Below the pieces are notes generated by a model, which did no database searches, was not told the DNA's origin, and worked only from the letters and a program-made list of their open reading frames with translations. Below, piece by piece: positions 45,513 to 50,048 of a stretch of 50,048 nt of DNA; position 1 is the first letter of the stretch, and the number at the start of each line of letters is the position of its first letter. The position numbers and the translations under genes were made by a program. The DNA comes from a virus (taxonomy: Duplodnaviria > Caudoviricetes), in the IMG/VR virus record IMGVR_UViG_3300027917_000005, positions 1 to 50,048 of that record; one strand, written 5' to 3'.

Positions 45513-45705
45513 TCCAGGCTCCTTCCCTTTCTACCTCATCATGGTGCTTGCATCGGCTTCCGGCTTTCCTAAGCCGCCAGAGCCAATGAGGTCAAGTGCA
45601 GGTGTGCTTACCTTTCTTCAGCACAGTTTTATATGGCTCAGCTAGTCCCTCATACCAGAGAGAATAGGAGCCATCCGGCATCAGGGTAATCAAGTATTTG
45701 CTCAT
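45505..45705 (-). CDS. SWIM-type zinc-finger protein with in-frame TGA (candidate selenoprotein, Sec38)
   Basis: MSKYLITLMPDGSYSLWYEGLAEPYKTVLKKGKHTCT-U-PHWLWRLRKAGSRCKHHDEVEREGAWNE; AGAGGT RBS; TGA at 45592-45594 occupies the second Cys of CxC...CxH. Confidence 0.7.
45551..45588 (-). promoter_or_regulatory. Putative bacterial SECIS element
   Basis: CATTGGCT-CTGG-CGGCTT-AGGA-AAGCCG-GA-AGCCGATG hairpin starting 3 nt after the TGA. Confidence 0.6.
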
Positions 45706-45847
45706 AGCGAATACCTCTTGTTAAGAGCAGCTGCCTGTAATATGTAGCTAGATGGAAATCACAGACGCAATACCCCTCTTGTACAGGATCAGCCATCCAA
45801 CTAAAGGAAACTACTCGAAGACAATTTGGGCAGGTTACTGAGATCAT
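45650..45847 (-). CDS. Small zinc-ribbon-like protein
   Basis: CPNC...CVC; AAGGAG RBS; ATGA overlap with upstream gene. Confidence 0.55.
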   Translation of the reverse strand: MISVTCPNCLRVVSFSWMADPVQEGYCVCDFHLATYYRQLLLTRGIRYEQILDYPDAGWLLFSLV

Positions 45848-46035
45848 TTATACTCCTTGTGGGTATCATAATCTCTGTGGTGGGTTTCATAATCCTTGAA
45901 TGCAGAGTCAATGTTTTCAAGCCCGTTCTCCTCCAGAAAATCATCTAGTATCTGAGCAGCCTGATCTTCTGACCCCGCCAGGACACTAACAGAGCCATGC
46001 TCTGTGTAAGTATATCCTATTCTCCAGAGTTTCAT
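45844..46035 (-). CDS. Small acidic hypothetical protein
   Basis: AAGGAGG RBS. Confidence 0.65.
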   Translation of the reverse strand: MKLWRIGYTYTEHGSVSVLAGSEDQAAQILDDFLEENGLENIDSAFKDYETHHRDYDTHKEYK

Positions 46036-46063
46036 AATTCCTCCTTTAGCATAGACCCAGTCA

Positions 46064-46084
46064 AAACGTCAATTTTTGACGTTT
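46064..46084. repeat. Dispersed palindromic site, copy 9 of 9
   Basis: AAACGTCAA-TTT-TTGACGTTT. Confidence 0.92.
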
Positions 46085-46091
46085 CTGAGTA

Positions 46092-46182
46092 GCGGGCAGG
46101 TGGTGGGCTAGCGCCAGAGGTTTACCATCCCTGCTTGGTTCATAGGCTGGGCGCCATCACCTAGGCATCCCTGCCTGCCCGC
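46092..46182 (-). ncRNA. Candidate structured RNA
   Basis: Intergenic; 9-bp closing stem GCGGGCAGG/CCTGCCCGC with nested GGTG/CACC and GCGCC(C)AG/CTGGCGC stems. Confidence 0.35.
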
Positions 46183-46190
46183 GTTGAAGG

Positions 46191-46376
46191 TTAGCGGTTA
46201 TCTCTCCTTGCACGCCTCGCCAGTTTATTCCTCCGTCTAGCTTTCGCTAGGACTCTTGTCATGTACGGAGTTGGTGCGTGCGGGCCTGCCGCATACATCA
46301 GGAGAAGCTGTTCCTGATGCTTGTTTGGGGCAGGTGCTGCCATTGCCTTTCTTAATGCCTTCTTAAGAGTACCCAT
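46191..46376 (-). CDS. Small basic protein
   Basis: AGGAGG RBS; RRRNKLARRARR tail. Confidence 0.6.
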   Translation of the reverse strand: MGTLKKALRKAMAAPAPNKHQEQLLLMYAAGPHAPTPYMTRVLAKARRRNKLARRARRDNR

Positions 46377-46609
46377 TAGAGATTCCTCCTATTCGAAGTC
46401 TTGCACCATCCGGCTGCTGCCTTGATACAATCTTCACAGAACTTCAGTGATGCCATCGAGTCAGTTGTTGCGATGGCTATGTGGTAGGTTCCCTTGGGGA
46501 TAGAGATTCTGCATCCTCGACAGATTCTCTTGGCCTTTCCTAATTCAACAGTAAGGAAACCAAGGATGCAGACCTTGTCCGGTCTTGGTTTGTCGTGTAA
46601 GCCTATCAT
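46376..46609 (-). CDS. Small zinc-finger protein
   Basis: CRGC-x-x-x-IPKG...CEDC. Confidence 0.6.
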   Translation of the reverse strand: MIGLHDKPRPDKVCILGFLTVELGKAKRICRGCRISIPKGTYHIAIATTDSMASLKFCEDCIKAAAGWCKTSNRRNL

Positions 46610-47050
46610 TTAGCACCTTACCTTTCTGGTGACCTCACAAATACTTCCCTCCACGGGGAATCCAGCCATCACCAGAATGTTCTTGACTATATCAACACTC
46701 TGGTAGTGCTTCTCCAGCTCGTGATTGTAGGTGCGAATTATTACCTTGCATCCGGAGGAAGTTGAACAGAGGTCGTACTTGTTGGAGCCTATCCTGATGG
46801 TTGATGAAGCAATGTAGGTTCCGTCAGATTTGATGTAGTTGAATCTGCCGGGGATGGATCGCCTGATGTTATCAAGCATTGTAATTGTCTCGCTCCATGG
46901 GTCAGTCTCATAATGAATGAGCTTCCCATCGAAGAAGACTTCAATTTGGGTCTGGTGATAGGTTACAGGAAACTTGCTAGAGATCTCCTCTCTAGGGCAG
47001 TTGATGTTGATTTCTGTCTCTAACTTCTCGAACTTGCCAAAGCCTGACAT
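46610..47050 (-). CDS. Hypothetical protein
   Basis: AGGAGG RBS; abuts neighbours. Confidence 0.6.
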   Translation of the reverse strand: MSGFGKFEKLETEININCPREEISSKFPVTYHQTQIEVFFDGKLIHYETDPWSETITMLDNIRRSIPGRFNYIKSDGTYIASSTIRIGSNKYDLCSTSSGCKVIIRTYNHELEKHYQSVDIVKNILVMAGFPVEGSICEVTRKVRC

Positions 47051-47061
47051 GGTAGCCTCCT

Positions 47062-47448
47062 CTACAAAATGGTTACTAGCACGCCCTTCTTTCTGGCGTA
47101 TCTAACAGTTGCCCATGTTCCTGATCTTAGTACCTCCTTTCTTGTGTGTGGGCAGGCGATGAGGCGGTCAACTTCATCAACCATCTCTTTGTTTCTGATG
47201 AGATAGTCCTTCGGTTCTCTTGTCTCGTCCCCATCTAGGAATGCCCGGAAGTTGGGTTTAGTGGGCGGATGGATTATGAGCTTCAGCTTGAATAGTCGTG
47301 CCAGATTGTGAAAGCTCTCATCTGCCCCAACACAGTCACCATGGTGACAGCTGTCTATCTTGCTCCTTAGTTGAGCCAGGAGTTGACGCACTGCCCTGTA
47401 TTGGACAGGCGTCATTCCCAGCCGGGAGCCTGTGAATCCTATTTTCAC
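47062..47448 (-). CDS. SLOG-superfamily (YspA/DprA-like) nucleotide-binding protein
   Basis: IGFTGSR, HGDCVGAD, RNKEMVD, SGTWATVRYA. Confidence 0.8.
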   Translation of the reverse strand: MKIGFTGSRLGMTPVQYRAVRQLLAQLRSKIDSCHHGDCVGADESFHNLARLFKLKLIIHPPTKPNFRAFLDGDETREPKDYLIRNKEMVDEVDRLIACPHTRKEVLRSGTWATVRYARKKGVLVTIL

Positions 47449-47970
47449 TTAGTGCTCCTTTATCCATTGCTTGAATACATTCCTGACTTGCTTAGCCTTT
47501 GGGTGACGCCAGTGAACCATGTTGCCCAGGATGTACATTAACCTCTCCTTGAGCTCATGATCTGGGGCTATGAGAGCCATCATGACTCTCCTGATTGCCC
47601 AATTAAGGGATGTGGCGTGGGACTTGGTGTCAGAGACCATTATTCTCAAGTGCTCCCTCACGTCCTCTGCTGATGGGCTAATCTGTACATCAGCAGTTAC
47701 CTCTTCCCAGTCAAACCTAATGATCCTGTCCTTGAATGTATCTCCGGTGTTGCAGCGGAGGGTCGCTATTGCTCTTCTTTGCATCATCCTGGATGGTGGG
47801 TACTTACTTCCGGCACTTCCAATGTATCTCCACTTGCCTACACAAAATGCCTGGATCAGTTTGTCTCTGACTCTTGCTTTGAGAATGCACGGATTATCTG
47901 TCCTCGGATCACAGCCGCCGTACTCCTCCTTGACAATCTTGTCCAAGGTGGCTTCAATTAAGTTTTCCAT
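47449..47970 (-). CDS. Hypothetical protein
   Basis: GGAGG RBS; YILGNM-x-HWR motif. Confidence 0.6.
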   Translation of the reverse strand: MENLIEATLDKIVKEEYGGCDPRTDNPCILKARVRDKLIQAFCVGKWRYIGSAGSKYPPSRMMQRRAIATLRCNTGDTFKDRIIRFDWEEVTADVQISPSAEDVREHLRIMVSDTKSHATSLNWAIRRVMMALIAPDHELKERLMYILGNMVHWRHPKAKQVRNVFKQWIKEH

Positions 47971-47990
47971 GAGCAGCCTCCTTATTGAAT

Positions 47991-48464
47991 CTAGAATTTA
48001 CCTAAGAGTTTCTCAGCAATCTTTCTTTCTTCATCACTTAATAAGTCCATATTCTTCTCTATTGTATCCCTTGTGCTCTCCTTTCTGCCTGATGTCCCAG
48101 GCCTTATTTTGTTTATCTTGGCCAATGACCTTTCTGCTAGGTCAAGGCGATGATAATGAAAGAGGTATGACATTTCCAGTCGTTTCAGGGTATCCCTGAC
48201 TTCGACCAGATGTCCATGCAATCTCTTCATTTCCTCCCTGCTGCCTGCTGCCAGGGCTCTCAAATCATCCTCTCCCTTTTGCTTAATCTCTTGATAGGCA
48301 GCTGCCCGAGAGAATCTTGCTGCCTCGAAAGAGATTGTTCTGTCCCGCTCCATAGCGTGGTGGACTGGTCTAGGAAGCTTTACCAATGGGGCAGCTTCCC
48401 TCAACTTCTCAGCCATGGTCTTCGCCCTGGGCTTTTTGTTGTTACCAAATACAGGCCATTTCAT
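47991..48464 (-). CDS. Helical hypothetical protein, first gene after the 48533 promoter
   Basis: GGAGG RBS. Confidence 0.65.
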   Translation of the reverse strand: MKWPVFGNNKKPRAKTMAEKLREAAPLVKLPRPVHHAMERDRTISFEAARFSRAAAYQEIKQKGEDDLRALAAGSREEMKRLHGHLVEVRDTLKRLEMSYLFHYHRLDLAERSLAKINKIRPGTSGRKESTRDTIEKNMDLLSDEERKIAEKLLGKF

Positions 48465-48504
48465 GATTTCTTCCTCCCTTTTAAGACTTTCTGATTATAC
48501 CACT

Positions 48505-48533
48505 ATTTTAACACGAAACGTCCCAGATGTCAA
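48505..48533 (-). promoter_or_regulatory. Sigma70-type promoter (TTGACATCTGGG class)
   Basis: TTGACA-17 bp-TAAAAT with extended TG. Confidence 0.8.
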
Positions 48534-48543
48534 CCGTAAAATT

Positions 48544-48860
48544 GAAGGCGTAACACTCGCCTGTAACATTTTTTGTGTAGCTGTATGTGTAACAGAAACC
48601 GTAACCGTAACGGTAACATTCCTAAACCCTCTCTTTTCCCGACCCTAAAAAATCATCCCCTTTTTTTAAGCTGGCTCTTTTCCTTTTTCTTATTATTTTT
48701 TTTTCTTTTTTTTTTTTAAGAAGAGAAGAAAGAGAAAGCTGAGAAAGAAATAGCTGAACAGGGGGTGATTTTTGGACGGATAAAAACAGGGGGACAGGGA
48801 AAGTTACCGTTACCGTTACCGCTGCTGTTACACTTACACCTTGGATTTTACGCCCTTTAG
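48544..48860. other. Symmetric non-coding region, putative replication origin
   Basis: GTAAC repeats left, GTTAC repeats right, internal inverted repeat, pyrimidine tract switching to purine tract near the axis. Confidence 0.55.
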
Positions 48861-49124
48861 AATAAGAAGATTTGGGGATTAGGCTGGGGTATTGTTGCCC
48901 CTCCCACAAAGAAGAAATGTCAACAAGGAAGCTGCCCGTTTGGGGACAGCTTGGCGTGAATTTTCGCCTTTAGAATATGGAGAGTTTATATCTAGCCTGG
49001 AAGGGGAAAGAAGATGGGATTAGGGGAAGCTGGATTATCGAGATTTCTGCCCGATTTGGGCGCCTTTAGCATATGAGAAGTTGTATATATAGCTTAAAAA
49101 TAAAATTTCTTCCTCGGAAACAAA

Positions 49125-49151
49125 GAAAAAAAAGAGGGGCTTTCGCCCCTC
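49125..49151 (-). terminator. Intrinsic terminator
   Basis: GAGGGGC-GAAA-GCCCCTC followed by T tract. Confidence 0.85.
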
Positions 49152-49323
49152 AGTCATCCATCTCCTTTCTCTTGATCATTAACTCCACTATCAGGCGGTC
49201 CAGCTCCTGCTTAGTCAGGAGTAGGCCAGCGATCCTGATTCCCTTGCCTCTCTTGCGAAACTGGAGCCTGAGGCAGCCGCCACTGATCTGAAAACGCAGG
49301 GTCAATTCTGAAATCTTAATCAT
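49150..49323 (-). CDS. Small basic hypothetical protein, 57 aa
   Basis: AAAGGAGGTTTATC-ATG; MIKISELTLRF... Confidence 0.65.
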   Translation of the reverse strand: MIKISELTLRFQISGGCLRLQFRKRGKGIRIAGLLLTKQELDRLIVELMIKRKEMDD

Positions 49324-49337
49324 GATAAACCTCCTTT

Positions 49338-49363
49338 AGGGGGGGGGGCTTTCGCCCCCTCCT
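49338..49363 (-). other. GC-rich intergenic hairpin
   Basis: GGAGGGGGC-GAAA-GCCCCCCCC without U tract. Confidence 0.55.
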
Positions 49364-49364
49364 C

Positions 49365-49601
49365 TTACGGGTGGATGTGTAGAGCCTGCTCATCAGGCTC
49401 AGGTTGTACCTTGTCAGGGTAGGTGGGAAAGTGGCTGACGTCCTCATGAGGACCGTAGTACCACTCTTCGTAGTGGTTCAGCTTGATTCCCATGACTTTA
49501 CATCCGGAGACGTCATGGTAGCCGCCTTCGTAACCGTCCAGGATTACCCTCATGTCAGCCGGGAACCTTTTAAGTTCCTTAATCAGTTCAGCGATAGTCA
49601 T
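49365..49601 (-). CDS. Hypothetical protein
   Basis: AAAGGAGGTTTATC-ATG; MTIAELI-x-x-L-x-x-x-P...GYEGG. Confidence 0.7.
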   Translation of the reverse strand: MTIAELIKELKRFPADMRVILDGYEGGYHDVSGCKVMGIKLNHYEEWYYGPHEDVSHFPTYPDKVQPEPDEQALHIHP

Positions 49602-49660
49602 GATAAACCTCCTTTGTGGTTGTCTTGATCCCTCCAAACGCCCCTGCTCAGGGAACGTGT

Positions 49661-50048
49661 CTACTCGCCTTCCCGGCGCAGGAGCTCCCGAGCGACGTCT
49701 TCAGCGGTGACGTAGGGGAGCACTTTCTCCAGCACTCTCATCTCCGCCTCGCTGTCGCATCGCTTCAGGGCTGCCGCAGCGCGGTCGACGGACGTGACCT
49801 TGGCGTTCCAATCACCTGCGAGCAGGCGCTGGTAGACCGCCTCGAACACGTCCAACCGCTCCTGGTCGGTGAGCTTAGCAGGGGCAGCAACTGCCGTAGC
49901 ATCCGCTGCTTTCTGCTTGAAGCCGTAGTACACTAGGTACTTGTCGACCTCATTCAGCTCTGACCAGTCCGCCGAGAATAGCGAAGCCAGATCGTAGGAT
50001 CCTGTCAGGCCGGACGGCAATGTAACCGTGGCCATGCCTGAGTCGGTG
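49661..50048 (-). CDS. 3' part of the junction-spanning 142-aa early protein
   Basis: YGFKQKAADATA...VYQRLLAGDW; frame open to window end and continues to ATG 140. Confidence 0.85.
   Translation of the reverse strand, partial: TDSGMATVTLPSGLTGSYDLASLFSADWSELNEVDKYLVYYGFKQKAADATAVAAPAKLTDQERLDVFEAVYQRLLAGDWNAKVTSVDRAAAALKRCDSEAEMRVLEKVLPYVTAEDVARELLRREGE
49950..50048 (+). repeat. Terminal direct repeat, right copy
   Basis: Identical to 1-99. Confidence 0.95.

Larger units (their letters stand above)
1..50048. mobile_element. Complete tailed bacteriophage genome (podovirus-like gene set), circularly assembled
   Basis: TerL, portal, scaffold, capsid and ejection genes on +, replication and early genes on -; ends overlap by 99 bp; no host housekeeping genes. 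Confidence 0.95.

Noticed and set aside
401-46084. Nine-copy palindrome as a CRISPR array or as sigma70 promoters
   Set aside because: Copies are kilobases apart with no spacers; in the copies checked no credible -10 box lies 17 bp after TTGAC
46092-46182. tRNA or tRNA-Sec
   Set aside because: No TTCRA T-loop, no TCA anticodon arm, no cloverleaf
48415-48909. ORFs 48415-48648 and 48622-48909
   Set aside because: Low-complexity translations of the origin-like repeats and homopolymer tracts
654-49936. Numerous antisense or nested ORFs in the track (e.g. 3444-3917, 26410-26955, 43680-44339, 47570-48199)
   Set aside because: They are shadows of well-supported genes on the opposite strand and lack RBSs or recognisable motifs
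1-50048. Genome-wide stop-codon reassignment
   Set aside because: Long genes are intact in code 11 and TAA, TAG and TGA all terminate coupled genes

Overview
The window is an apparently complete, circularly assembled tailed-phage genome with a unit length of about 49,949 bp (bases 1-99 are repeated at 49950-50048). The + strand (523-32172) carries packaging, structural and lysis genes: HTH/TerS-like protein, TerL, P22-like portal, scaffold, N4-gp56-like capsid, adaptor/tail and ejection proteins, and a DUF5675-like lysin. A 10-kb block between TerS and TerL encodes a methyltransferase, a glycosyltransferase, a CxxCxxCC protein and a 1708-aa repeat/lectin fibre. The - strand (32179 to the end, wrapping to base 140) carries replication and early genes: AAA helicase-like protein, UDG-PolA fusion, ParB-DNA methyltransferase fusion, SSB/AAA ATPase/Cas4-like nuclease, ATP-dependent ligase, SLOG protein and many small ORFs. 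I recognised no integrase, primase, tRNA, CRISPR array or reverse transcriptase. Four observations stand out. (1) A 66-aa SWIM zinc-finger ORF missing from the ORF track has an in-frame TGA in place of its second Cys, followed by a SECIS-like hairpin, making it a candidate phage selenoprotein. (2) Nine copies of a ~30-bp palindromic site lie at gene junctions, mostly 4-6 kb apart. (3) A putative fibre-modification island shares one peptide repeat across four separate proteins. (4) A ~315-bp two-fold symmetric origin-like region sits near the right end. All family assignments come from motif recognition by eye; no searches were run.
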